A stretch of DNA of 64,000 nucleotides, from assembly GCA_963834015.1 (NCBI GenBank), contig CAWIAG010000004.1, positions 1,749,926 to 1,813,925 on the forward strand, written 5' to 3'. The notes below the pieces were generated by a model. The model did not search any database. It had not been told where the DNA came from and saw only the letters and a list, made by a program, of their open reading frames with translations. Made by a program: the position numbers and the translations under genes. Shown in pieces: positions 1 to 8,945 of the stretch; position 1 is the first letter of the stretch; each line of letters begins with the position of its first letter. The DNA comes from an uncultured Ignavibacteriales bacterium. Lineage in GTDB: Bacteria; Bacteroidota; Ignavibacteria; Ignavibacteriales; Ignavibacteriaceae.

Positions 1-1157
1 GGGGCTCATGGGCTCCCGTGCTGGCGGCATACCTGCAGAATGAACTTGGATTCAGCGGGGTTCAGGTCGGTGTTATTTATAGTTTACTACCTCTGGCAAC
101 AATTATATCGCCTTTTATCGGCGGACAGATTGCCGACCGGTATTTTTCTTCGGAAAAAGTTATTTCTGCCCTGCAATTGTGCGGCGGCGTTTTACTTCTT
201 TTTATTTCCCGCATTACGGATTATTCAACTATGATGTGGCTGATGACGCTTTACTGTTTATTGTATGCTCCTACATTAGCCCTTACAAATTCAATAGCAT
301 TTATAAATCTGAAAGATTCCGAAAAAGATTTTGGAGTGATCAGGGTTTGGGGAACAATCGGATGGATAGCTGCCGGATGGGCTTTAACAGGCTGGAGGGT
401 TTGGTTCAAAACTCCTAATGCAGCCGGGTTCGGCGGCGACCTTTTATTTCTTGCGGGAATTTTTTCTGTAATAATGGGATTGACGTCATTCTCATTGCCG
501 CATACTCCTCCTAAAAAGGAAATTACAAGTCCGTGGGCTTTTGTTGAAGCTTTTAAAATGATGAGGAACAAAAACTTCCTGATCTTTATAATTATATCCT
601 TCGTTGTAGCAACGGAACTGATGTTTTATTACCAGCTTACTTCGCCGTTCTTAGAATCTGCCCGTATTGGGCTTTCCCCGCAAAGTGTGCCGGCAGTTAT
701 GACAATAGCCCAGATGGCGGAGATTTTTGTGATGGCTTTTCTTCTGCCGCGCTTTATTAAAAAATACGGAGTAAGAAACGTGCTCGTTATCGGCGTGCTT
801 GCATGGCCGGTAAGGTATATTATTTTTGCTATCGGAACTCCCGCCTGGCTTGTGATTGCTTCCCTGGCGCTTCACGGTTTCTGCTTCGTCTTTTTCTTTA
901 CGGCGGCATTTATATACGTCGATACAGTTGCACCGCCCGGTATCCGGCACTCTGCCCAGAGCTTAATAACTTTTGCGACTTATGGAATAGGAAATTATGC
1001 GGGCGCTTTTTTTGCAGGATGGATACAGGATTATTTTACTTCTGCCGGATCGGTAAATTGGACGGGCGTTTTTCTTGTGCCGTGTGCATTGACAATTTTG
1101 TGCGCATTGGCTTTTTTGTTTTTCTTTAAAGTTGATAAATCCGTAATTAAAGTTTAA
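1..1157 (+). CDS. MFS transporter (5' end probably truncated by window edge; frame open from nt 3, tool start is GTG at 18)
   Basis: 379-aa ORF with ~12 hydrophobic segments and MFS-like loops. The reading frame is open to the window start. A 34-bp gap to the next gene suggests an operon. Confidence 0.8.
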   Translation, partial: GSWAPVLAAYLQNELGFSGVQVGVIYSLLPLATIISPFIGGQIADRYFSSEKVISALQLCGGVLLLFISRITDYSTMMWLMTLYCLLYAPTLALTNSIAFINLKDSEKDFGVIRVWGTIGWIAAGWALTGWRVWFKTPNAAGFGGDLLFLAGIFSVIMGLTSFSLPHTPPKKEITSPWAFVEAFKMMRNKNFLIFIIISFVVATELMFYYQLTSPFLESARIGLSPQSVPAVMTIAQMAEIFVMAFLLPRFIKKYGVRNVLVIGVLAWPVRYIIFAIGTPAWLVIASLALHGFCFVFFFTAAFIYVDTVAPPGIRHSAQSLITFATYGIGNYAGAFFAGWIQDYFTSAGSVNWTGVFLVPCALTILCALAFLFFFKVDKSVIKV

Positions 1158-1191
1158 ATATTTTTTGTGGCTCGCTTAACAGGAAAGAATT

Positions 1192-2439
1192 ATGAATAAA
1201 AAAAGAATTGGCGTCGGGATTATCGGCGCAGGCTTCAATGCCAGGTTTCATATTAAATCATGGGTGTCTGTCAGGGATGCGGATATTTTAGGGATATATG
1301 ACAGGAACCCGGAAACTGCTTCCGCCGCTGCAACGCTTGCAAAAAACCTGCGGGTGGGCGAGGCAAAAGTTTTTAAGTCGATTACTGATATGGCCGCCGA
1401 TCCGGGTATTGATGCGCTTTGGATTTGTTCGCCTAATTTTACACGCATAGAAGTGATGGAAGAAATTACTAATGCGGTTTTAACAGGTAAAGCTGATCTT
1501 ACCGGTATCTGCTGCGAAAAGCCTTTGGGAAGAAATGCAGCGGAAGCAGGAAAGATGCTTGAGCTTGTTCAAAAAACGAAACTGCTGGACGGGTATCTTG
1601 AAAACCAGCTTTTTTCTCCCGCAATTATCCGCGGCAGGGAAATTATCTGGGCAAGAGGCGCACGGTTCGCAGGCCGTCCCTACCTGGCAAGAGCGGCTGA
1701 GGAACACAGCGGCCCGCACAAACCATGGTTCTGGGAGGGAGAATTGCAGGGCGGCGGAGTTCTGAATGATATGATGTGCCATTCTGTTGAGGTTGCCAGG
1801 TTTTTATTAACGGAACCCGGTAAACCAAGGAATTCAATTACCCCGGTTAGTGTTTCCGCCCATGCAGAATGTTTAAAATGGCAGAGGCCCGGGTATGCCG
1901 AAATCCTTGCAAAAAATAGTAACGGTACAACAGATTATATAAACCGTCCGGCAGAAGATTATGCGCATGCTCTTGTTGAGTATAAGGATGAGAACGGGAA
2001 AAAACTTATCGTCGAAGCCACAACCTCATGGGCGTTTGTGGGTGCAGGTTTACGGCTGAGTATGGAATTGCTCGGGCCCGAATACTCGATGGCTGTGAAT
2101 ACTTTGGATTCGGATCTTAAACTTTTCCTGAGCAGAAATATCAAAGCGGATGCGGGTGAAGATTTAATTGAAAAGCAGAATGCGGAAAGCGGACTTATGC
2201 CCGTTGTTAGCAATGAAGAGAATACTTACGGATACGATCTTGAAAACAGGCACATGGTAAAATCATTTATTGAGGGTGTAAGGCCAAGCGAAAACTTTAG
2301 CGACGGCTTTAATGTAACGCAGCTTCTGATGACGGCATATATGAGCGCCGAACAGGGTAAAACTATCCCGTTCCCTCATCCGGATCTCCAAACTTTTATC
2401 CCTCTTGTTGCCAAAGGTAAATGGAATCCCGGGAAATGA
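1192..2439 (+). CDS. Gfo/Idh/MocA family NAD(P)-dependent oxidoreductase (cytoplasmic)
   Basis: N-terminal Rossmann motif GVGIIGAGFNARFH. Length of 415 aa is typical of the family. No signal peptide. Confidence 0.85.
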   Translation: MNKKRIGVGIIGAGFNARFHIKSWVSVRDADILGIYDRNPETASAAATLAKNLRVGEAKVFKSITDMAADPGIDALWICSPNFTRIEVMEEITNAVLTGKADLTGICCEKPLGRNAAEAGKMLELVQKTKLLDGYLENQLFSPAIIRGREIIWARGARFAGRPYLARAAEEHSGPHKPWFWEGELQGGGVLNDMMCHSVEVARFLLTEPGKPRNSITPVSVSAHAECLKWQRPGYAEILAKNSNGTTDYINRPAEDYAHALVEYKDENGKKLIVEATTSWAFVGAGLRLSMELLGPEYSMAVNTLDSDLKLFLSRNIKADAGEDLIEKQNAESGLMPVVSNEENTYGYDLENRHMVKSFIEGVRPSENFSDGFNVTQLLMTAYMSAEQGKTIPFPHPDLQTFIPLVAKGKWNPGK

Positions 2440-2443
2440 ATAA

Positions 2444-3005
2444 TGCGAATTAACACGAATTAGGTTAATACGAATTTACACGAATTATCATTACGAATTT
2501 CCACGAATTATCATTACGAATTTCCACGAATTAGGACGAATTCACGCGAAGTATCAGTAGGTGTATATTAAATTAGAGCTTTCATAAAAAATGAAATACA
2601 TTCTTAAAAAGTCCCCTCTTGGGAGGGGTGCAGGGGTGGGTCGAAGCGATTATATTTATAAAACCTCTGCAATTATTTTTATTCGTATAATGAATATACT
2701 GTAATGTTAGTAGGTACCCATATAAGCAGAACAATTACAAGAAATAAAAACATTACAGGTACATAATTTATCGACATGTAGAGAAGGGGCATGCCCTCCC
2801 GATAAGAAATTGGGACAGGCTGTCTTTACGATGCAATGTGTAATGTTGGAAGGCTCCCATAAAGCAGAACTTTTATAAAATATTTAACACACTACAAACG
2901 AAGTTAATACAATCTAATGTGAATTTTGTTCTAAGTCCCAGCGGGACGAAATATTTATAGCATAACAAACCCCAACAAACCTTTTCCTGAATCCCGGAGG
3001 GATGA
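2444..3005. repeat. Composite block of short dispersed repeats. Module A (ACGAATT-type 23-bp sub-repeats) at 2444-2555; module C' at 2701-2733; module B (palindromic GTAGAGAAGGGGC...GGCTGTCTTTACGATG) at 2777-2833; module C at 2839-2876; module D at 2966-3005.
   Basis: Each module recurs elsewhere in the window, and the same modules recur in inverted orientation at 6264-6637. Confidence 0.65.
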
Positions 3006-3106
3006 CATAATAACGGATAAGTACCATGTCTACGCCTAATTATTCACAATGCCGCTTAATAAAATTCTTAATATCCGCGTAACTTAAATGAATTATTAAG
3101 TGTACA

Positions 3107-3304
3107 TTATTCAATCTTAATTTTCTTCTTAAAATCTTCTTCAGATATATTGGAATCTTGTTTCCTGTCTTCTATGATTTTAATACATTCATTGTCTTCA
3201 ATTATCTCAAGCATCTCTTTGTACACTTTATAATCAACAAGAACACTCTTAGGCTTGCCGCTTTTATTATAAAATATTTTCTCTCTGGTTTTTAACTCGA
3301 TCAT
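3107..3304 (-). CDS. Small Phd/YefM- or RelB-like antitoxin-like protein (orphan; no adjacent toxin ORF)
   Basis: 65 aa. The segment SGKPKSVLVDYKVYKEMLEIIED resembles the conserved 'RGKPVAVLISxEEYExLxE' core of Phd/YefM antitoxins. It sits just downstream of the tandem-repeat array. Confidence 0.4.
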   Translation of the reverse strand: MIELKTREKIFYNKSGKPKSVLVDYKVYKEMLEIIEDNECIKIIEDRKQDSNISEEDFKKKIKIE

Positions 3305-3423
3305 TTTATGTCTCCTGAACTATCGGAAAAAATAATTTATTTAACCTCAAAATCAAATTATATCAATGCTATAAGCATTATGATCATAACAATCCTGAAT
3401 AACTTAAAAATAATTCTGTGATT

Positions 3424-3556
3424 GAATTACAATGAATGACAACCGAATGACCATCGAATTACAACGAATGACCATCGAATTACAATGAATGACCATCGAA
3501 TGACAACGATTGACCATTGAATGACCATGATTAACCATCGAATGACCATGAATTAT
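3424..3556. repeat. Tandem array of ~21-bp units (consensus approx GAATGACCATCGAATTACAAC, 6-7 degenerate copies)
   Basis: Read directly: ...gaatgacaaccgaatgaccatcgaattacaacgaatgaccatcgaattacaatgaatgaccatcgaatgacaacgattgaccattgaatgaccatgattaaccatcgaatgaccatg... Confidence 0.75.
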
Positions 3557-3608
3557 GGGCTACGCTTCAGGCAATCAATTCCCCGCAATTTATTTAAAAA
3601 TAAACTAT

Positions 3609-5072
3609 TTAATACACCAGAGTCTGTATTGCGTGCGGCGGAATAGTTACTGCCGCTTCTTTTAATCCGGCGTACAGGCTATAATGTATCTCATTGCCGC
3701 TTTGATTCATTACTACCGTTGCCATCTTACCATTTGGATTTAAAAATGATGCAGTCAGCAGGGCGCTCCTGTTTGAGACGGCGCTTACTCTTCGGGCTCC
3801 CGGGCGTATGAATTTTGAGAAGTGGCCGATATAAAAATAAGATGGTGTGTAAATTAAATTACCGGTTTTTATGTCTGCATGGACAGGTGCAAAACAATAG
3901 TTGCCCACATGATTAGGACCGCCGTTTTCATCAAGAAGAATATTCCAATCCGTCCAGCCGCATGTCCCGTTATTAAGATCATTAATCATTGAGCGGCCGT
4001 AACGCTCTGCATTAGGCCAATAAAAATATTTGGAGGAATCAAATTCTTCTACACAGCCTTCGGTAAATAATATGTTCTTGCAGGGATAATTCTCCCTTAC
4101 GTGTGCAATGTTATCAAACAGTGGCTCGCTGCCCGTCCACGTTTCATACCAGTGGAAACCAAGTCCCCATGCGTATTTTGCGGCGGCGGAATCGGAATAA
4201 ATTACATCAGCCCAATGATTTGCAAAATCCCTGTTATGATCCCAGATTATAATTTTTTTATCCCCAAGGCCGTGATTTTCCATTGCCGGGCCTAAATAGT
4301 TTTTCAGGAAGTCTCTTTCTTCTTCAGCGGTGTAATTACATGATTCAAAACTCTGTACTGCCAATGGTTCATTCTGAATGGTAATTCCCCAAACGGGAAT
4401 ACCCTCCGCCGCATAGGCTTTAATAAATTTTGTAAAGTAATCAGCCCATGATTGGTAGTATTCCGGTAAAAGTTTGCCGCCTTTTAACATGCTTTTATTG
4501 TCCTTCATAAATGCAGGCGGGCTCCACGGGCTGGCGAAGATTGAAATTTCTCCCCCCGCTTTTTCTATTGCCTGTTTGATCAAAGGAATGCGGAATTGTT
4601 TATCATGCTCAATATTAAAGGTTTTCAGTTCTTTATCTTTCGCAGTAACGTAGGTATAGCTCTCGCTGCTGAAATCGCAGCTATTAATGTTTGTACGCAT
4701 CAGTGAATAGCCAATGCCGTTCTGTTTATCGTAATAAGCATTTAATAGTTCCTGCTGTTTATCCGTGGGTAATTTTGCAAAGACTTCCGCAGCAGCATCT
4801 GTAACTGCGCCTCCTATACCAAGAATTTCCTGGAACTGTTTCCCGGGATTTACAAATACGGCGGTTTCAGTTTCAAGAGGCGGGCGAGCTTGTGTAAAAT
4901 CTAAAACGGAAGTTTTGGTAAGCCGTAAGTTTGTACTGTCCGCAGTTGTATAAACAATTATGTTTTCCCATTCGGCAGAGAATTGCTGCTGTGCAAAGAG
5001 CTGCTGAATAATTGATGAACACAGGATCAGCAGGAAAAGGGCCGGGAGAAGGTGGTAGGGGTGTTTTAACAT
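3609..5072 (-). CDS. Glycoside hydrolase family 30 (glucosylceramidase/O-glycosyl hydrolase-like), secreted
   Basis: 487 aa with an N-terminal signal peptide. Contains the GH30-like acid/base segment ITIQNEP and a TIM-barrel plus beta-sandwich layout typical of GH30. Confidence 0.8.
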   Translation of the reverse strand: MLKHPYHLLPALFLLILCSSIIQQLFAQQQFSAEWENIIVYTTADSTNLRLTKTSVLDFTQARPPLETETAVFVNPGKQFQEILGIGGAVTDAAAEVFAKLPTDKQQELLNAYYDKQNGIGYSLMRTNINSCDFSSESYTYVTAKDKELKTFNIEHDKQFRIPLIKQAIEKAGGEISIFASPWSPPAFMKDNKSMLKGGKLLPEYYQSWADYFTKFIKAYAAEGIPVWGITIQNEPLAVQSFESCNYTAEEERDFLKNYLGPAMENHGLGDKKIIIWDHNRDFANHWADVIYSDSAAAKYAWGLGFHWYETWTGSEPLFDNIAHVRENYPCKNILFTEGCVEEFDSSKYFYWPNAERYGRSMINDLNNGTCGWTDWNILLDENGGPNHVGNYCFAPVHADIKTGNLIYTPSYFYIGHFSKFIRPGARRVSAVSNRSALLTASFLNPNGKMATVVMNQSGNEIHYSLYAGLKEAAVTIPPHAIQTLVY

Positions 5073-5103
5073 TGTTTAGCTTTCGTTATTGAATTAAATA
5101 ATA

Positions 5104-5196
5104 TGCGAACTAGAATTAATACGAATTTACAATAATACGAATTTCCACGAATTATCTTTACGAATTTTCACGAATTAGGACGAATTTACACGAAGT
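5104..5196. repeat. Module A repeat copy (ACGAATTT(C/A)CACGAATTA sub-repeats ending ...GGACGAATTTACACGAAGTAG)
   Basis: Near-identical to 2444-2555 in the same orientation. Confidence 0.65.
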
Positions 5197-5208
5197 AGAT
5201 TATGTTCG

Positions 5209-5244
5209 GTGTAGAAGACGGGGCATGCCCTGTCTTTACGGGAG
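5209..5244. repeat. Module B, minimal form: GTAGAAGACGGGGCATGCCCTGTCTTTACGGGAG (20-bp imperfect palindrome AGACGGGGCA/TGCCCTGTCT)
   Basis: This is the shortest member of the B family. Other copies carry 20-40 bp inserted at the GCATGC centre. Confidence 0.65.
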
Positions 5245-5318
5245 ATACGTGAAAAAATTAAAGATGATATAACAATAAAAAATTAGTATGTGATGCAGCA
5301 GGTTGTTAAAGGAAGATA

Positions 5319-5528
5319 CTATCGCCAATGTATATTAGGTTTCCTGTTTTTTTCAGCGCATTCTCTTAGGTACATATTAATTAAATTTTGATAAGAGATA
5401 TCGGTTTCTGAAGCTAATTTTTTAAAATATTCCACCGTGTCATTCTCTATACGAATTGATATTTGCTTCTTGAGTTTCTTTATATAAGGATTACTAGACG
5501 ATTTTGAAAAATCATATTCTTTCTTCAT
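5319..5528 (-). CDS. brnA: BrnA-type antitoxin (ribbon-helix-helix / DUF4415-like); tool ORF extends to 5630 but the start is likely the internal Met at 5528 (or 5543)
   Basis: The segment KKEYDFSKSSSNPYIKKLKKQISIRIENDTVEYFKKLASETDISYQNLINMYLREC matches the BrnA consensus. It lies immediately downstream of BrnT and overlaps it. Confidence 0.7.
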   Translation of the reverse strand: MKKEYDFSKSSSNPYIKKLKKQISIRIENDTVEYFKKLASETDISYQNLINMYLRECAEKNRKPNIHWR

Positions 5529-5529
5529 T

Positions 5530-5820
5530 TTATTTTGCCTCATCGTAATATTTACTTTCAGATTTTGTTGCTTTTCTTGCGGAAATAATCCGGATAATTT
5601 CATCATTCTCTTTATAATTATGCACCACAATAAGAAGATTTAAATTATTAGAAATACCTAAAATAATATATCGTTCTTCTTTGATTGAATGATCAGGATC
5701 AGATATAAGTCGTGCATTGCCATCAAAAAACACGGTCTTAGCTTCTTCAAAAGAAATTTTATGCTTTTTTATATTCGCAAGATTTTTATTTTGATTCCAT
5801 TGGAAACGAATATTATCCAT
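5530..5820 (-). CDS. brnT: BrnT-type toxin (DUF497 ribonuclease toxin)
   Basis: 96 aa: MDNIRFQWNQNKNLANIKKHKISFEEAKTVFFD...IIRIISARKATKSE, a DUF497/BrnT-like fold-family signature. Toxin-first gene order with a 1-4 nt overlap to brnA. Confidence 0.7.
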   Translation of the reverse strand: MDNIRFQWNQNKNLANIKKHKISFEEAKTVFFDGNARLISDPDHSIKEERYIILGISNNLNLLIVVHNYKENDEIIRIISARKATKSESKYYDEAK

Positions 5821-5884
5821 AATGATAATATAATGATATTATAATTATCTACAAAATTCTTATAAAAGGAAATTTATAGAATAT

Positions 5885-5947
5885 GAATTCGCGTTAATGC
5901 AAATTTACACGAATAAGGACGAACCTGCATGCCGGCAGGCAGGTTTG
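5885..5947. repeat. Module A-like fragment (GAATTCGCGTTAATGCAAATTTACACGAATAAGGACGAAC) fused to a palindrome AACCTGCATGCCGGCAGGCAGGTTT
   Basis: Read directly. Overlaps a spurious 67-aa ORF (5905..6108 -). Confidence 0.5.
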
Positions 5948-6263
5948 AGCAAAGGGAAGAGGAGTGCTTGTCCCAAAGTGCTGAAATGTTTGATGATGGA
6001 TAAAATGGCGTACAATGAGTGATTCATTTCAACAGCAATTCGATCCGCCGTTCTCCAGCCTCCGGTCTCCGTTCTGCTGTCTCCGGTCTCCTCTTTATTT
6101 ACAAACAATATTAAAAATAAATAAATAAATTACACTGCTAATTGCCCTGCGATTATTCAAATTTAAAAACTCTGGTAAAAAAATCAGGAGATTTTAAAAA
6201 TTAAAATATTTAAATTTGCACCCGTGTTATTTACATTAAAATATATGCTAACGATTTCTTGTC

Positions 6264-6637
6264 CATTCGTGAAAATTCGTCCTAATTCGTGAAAATTCGT
6301 ATTAATATAAATTCGTATTCCTTTTAAGGAAATTATATCTTTGACATTCTGTTTGACGTATTGAAATACATACGGTGAAGTGTCTTGAATAAATTTTTAT
6401 ATGGGAAATCTGTTTTATTTTTTGCGGCCTACCGATAATTTTACATCTTACATCGTAAAGACAGCCTGCCTATCCCACTTGCCCCGCAGAGTCGGTGGCC
6501 CCGTCTCTACAAAGTGATAAATTATGTACATGTAATGTTTATCATTATTTATAAAAGTTCTTATTTTATGGGAGCCTTCCAACATTATACTTAAGTCCTA
6601 TGTCACCCCGCCGGGGTTCAGGAGAAGGTTTGTTGGT
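6264..6637. repeat. Second composite repeat block, every module inverted relative to 2444-3005. A-inv at 6264-6318; B-inv at 6450-6510; C'-inv at 6525-6548; C-inv at 6551-6590; D-inv at 6604-6637.
   Basis: The reverse complement of each module matches the left-hand copy, e.g. RC(6551-6590) = tataatgttggaaggctcccataaaataagaacttttat versus 2839-2876. Module order differs between the two blocks (left reads A-C'-B-C-D; the right, on the minus strand, reads D-C-C'-B-A), so this is a mosaic of independent elements rather than one clean inverted repeat. Confidence 0.65.
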
Positions 6638-7357
6638 GAGATTTTTTTGCTATAAACATTTCACCCCTCCGGGGTTTGGATATCGTTAATTCAGGTTTGT
6701 GAAATAAGGAGGGAAATAATTATCAATGTTATTGCTAACATTACAATTTTAAGGTAGCTGAATAACGGCAGAGCCGTGAAATGCTGGTAGAATTAAAAGG
6801 AAAAGACAAACACAAGTTAGCATCGTAGATGCGGCATGGTGAATTTGATTACGAAACACCTGTCACCGGAATGCGGTTTAGGAAAGGTTTGATTAGGAAT
6901 TATTGCTACACCCATGCCGTCCAGATTGGACTTAGCGCAACGGATCCGGTTAATGAATCGCTGCATTTCGGAGTGAGTTCTCAGCCCTTTTTAGGCGAAA
7001 AAATTACCAGGATTTTATTAAATTTTAAATTTTAAAAAAACTCATGTTAGCTCCAATAGCATAAACTCTTGATTTTATTAACTTTAAATTTTTATTTTCC
7101 TTGAGCTAAGCTGGATTAAATGATTTGTTTTTAATAAGTTAAATGATTTAACACCTCTTGTTTTTTTTCGCTTTTTTAAAGGTTAAATCCTTTGTATTCA
7201 ATAACTTAATTGATTTTTTAGTGTCAATTTAGGCCCTTTTTATGATATCATTTTGGCATTTTTGGTGTTATTTCCCGTCATATTATGATATTTTTATCTG
7301 TATATATTATAAGGGTTTAGCAAACAGCATAAACCGGAAATTCAAAAAAATAATCCA

Positions 7358-8218
7358 ATGTTAATGAATCAAAATATTCAGGAAATAATCGGACAAAGAT
7401 ATTCATGCCGTTTTTACAACCATGAACCTATTCAGAAAGTGCATCAGCAGGAACTCAGAAAGTTCCTGGAGACTCTGCACACCGGCCCTTTGGGAACACA
7501 TGTTCGTCTTGAACTTGCCGCCGCTGAACCGGAAGAGAGACAATCTTTAAAAGGACTAGGCACATACGGCGTTATCAGGAATCCTGCAGGTTTTATTATA
7601 GGTACGGTAGAACAGGCGCCAGGGGACCTTGAAGATTACGGATACGTTCTTGAGCATGCAATTCTTACAGCTACCGGTATTGGTTTAGGTACCTGCTGGC
7701 TTGGCGGCCCTATTACAAAAAGCAGTTTTGCAAAAAAAATTTCTTTACGGGATAATGAAACAATGCCTGCCGTAGCTGCCGCAGGATATATCGAAGAGAG
7801 AAAAGGAAAAGACGGTGAGATTATTAACTACAGAAGACCGGCCCGCTTGCCTTCAGAACAGTTATTCTTCGCTGATGCATTCGGCAGTGCGTTAATTATG
7901 GAAACTGCAGGCGAATATTCGCAGCCTCTTGAAATGGTCCGTATAGCCCCGTCAGCTTCCAACAAACAGCCGTGGAGAATTGTCAGGATAAATAATGCGT
8001 GGCATTTTTTTCTTCGGCGGACAAGAGGGTACGGCAAAGGGACAGTGTTATTCAGAATTCTCAGGCTCGCCGATCTCCAGCGTGTTGATATGGGTATTGC
8101 CATGTGCCATTTTGAACTCACCGCCCGTGAGCTTGGATTAAACGGCGTTTGGGTTATCGATGATCCAAAAATTCAAATGCCCGGAGGAACGGAATACACG
8201 GCAACGTGGAAAGTTTAA
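7358..8218 (+). CDS. Nitroreductase-family flavoprotein (enlarged, 286 aa)
   Basis: N-terminal IIGQRYSCRFYNHEPI and C-terminal SASNKQPWRIVRI match the two halves of the nitroreductase fold. Confidence 0.75.
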   Translation: MLMNQNIQEIIGQRYSCRFYNHEPIQKVHQQELRKFLETLHTGPLGTHVRLELAAAEPEERQSLKGLGTYGVIRNPAGFIIGTVEQAPGDLEDYGYVLEHAILTATGIGLGTCWLGGPITKSSFAKKISLRDNETMPAVAAAGYIEERKGKDGEIINYRRPARLPSEQLFFADAFGSALIMETAGEYSQPLEMVRIAPSASNKQPWRIVRINNAWHFFLRRTRGYGKGTVLFRILRLADLQRVDMGIAMCHFELTARELGLNGVWVIDDPKIQMPGGTEYTATWKV

Positions 8219-8220
8219 GT

Positions 8221-8260
8221 GCGGATTCACACGATTTGTTAATACGAATTTGCATTAATC
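8221..8260. repeat. Module A-like short copy (GCGGATTCACACGATTTGTTAATACGAATTTGCATTAATC)
   Basis: Sequence similarity to the ACGAATT-type repeats, located directly after the nitroreductase stop. Confidence 0.45.
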
Positions 8261-8336
8261 TTTTCCAGGTATTATTTTACGGCTACAAAAGTAGCCATAT
8301 GGTTACAATAGTATCCATAAACAAAACTGATGAAAA

Positions 8337-8945
8337 ATGATTGTTAACAAATTATTAGAAAAATTATTTAGTGCGCCAAGTAATATTTCTGTAATCAGGG
8401 TGCTGAATGAGAGAGTTACGGGAATAACAGGCAGAGAGACTGCAAGGCTTACCAATCTTACACATCGTTCGGCTCTAAAAGCCCTTACTAATCTGGAAGA
8501 GCTTGGCGTTGTATCTCGCATAACAGGCGGTAGAGATCATATATTTACTCTTAACAGGCAGAAATATATTTCTAAAGAGATCATCTACCCGATTTTTGAA
8601 GCTGAAAAAAAATTTAATACAGCTATCAGATCTTCTTTAAAAAAACAATTATCAAAGTTAACTGATAGCATTATTGTATATGGTAGCGTTGCCCGTAAGG
8701 AAGAAACAATATCAAGTGATTATGATGTCTGCATTGTTTATAACGGGCATTTAAATGATATTGAAAATATTGTCTTAAAACTAAGGGACCGGCTTCATGA
8801 CCAATATTCAATTCAACTTGCTCCGATTTATATCAGAACCGCCGAATTTAAAAAACGTGCACGTAAAAAACTACCCCCGGTGAATGATATAGTTAATGAA
8901 GGAGTGGTAATAAGCGGTAAATCAATTCATAAGCTTCTGCAATGA
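8337..8945 (+). CDS. Nucleotidyltransferase (MNT/MntA-like antitoxin-type) with N-terminal winged-HTH extension
   Basis: The C-terminal half (IIVYGSVARKEETISSDYDVCIVY) carries a minimal-nucleotidyltransferase GS...D.D motif. The N-terminal ~90 aa (RVLNERVTGITGRETARLTNLTHRSALKALTNLEELGVV) looks like a wHTH. The stop overlaps the next gene's start (ATGA at 8942). Confidence 0.75.
   Translation: MIVNKLLEKLFSAPSNISVIRVLNERVTGITGRETARLTNLTHRSALKALTNLEELGVVSRITGGRDHIFTLNRQKYISKEIIYPIFEAEKKFNTAIRSSLKKQLSKLTDSIIVYGSVARKEETISSDYDVCIVYNGHLNDIENIVLKLRDRLHDQYSIQLAPIYIRTAEFKKRARKKLPPVNDIVNEGVVISGKSIHKLLQ

Noticed and set aside
40-1129. Numerous 60-110-aa ORFs overlapping the MFS gene on both strands (40..234, 179..418, 251..571-, 651..950-, 803..1129)
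   Set aside because: All are nested within or antisense to a long, well-supported membrane-protein ORF and have Cys/Arg-rich, low-complexity translations.
2444-2555. Possible CRISPR array suggested by regularly recurring CGAATT-containing units (also 5104-5196, 3424-3556)
   Set aside because: Units are contiguous degenerate tandem copies without unique spacers of constant length, so they do not have repeat-spacer architecture. No cas genes nearby.
5905-6108. 67-aa ORF on the minus strand
   Set aside because: Lies entirely in repeat modules (A-like fragment plus palindrome). Gly/Arg-rich translation and no RBS.
6829-7035. 68-aa + strand ORF in the 6700-7357 spacer
   Set aside because: No RBS and no recognisable domain. 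Treated as non-coding spacer, though an sRNA cannot be excluded.
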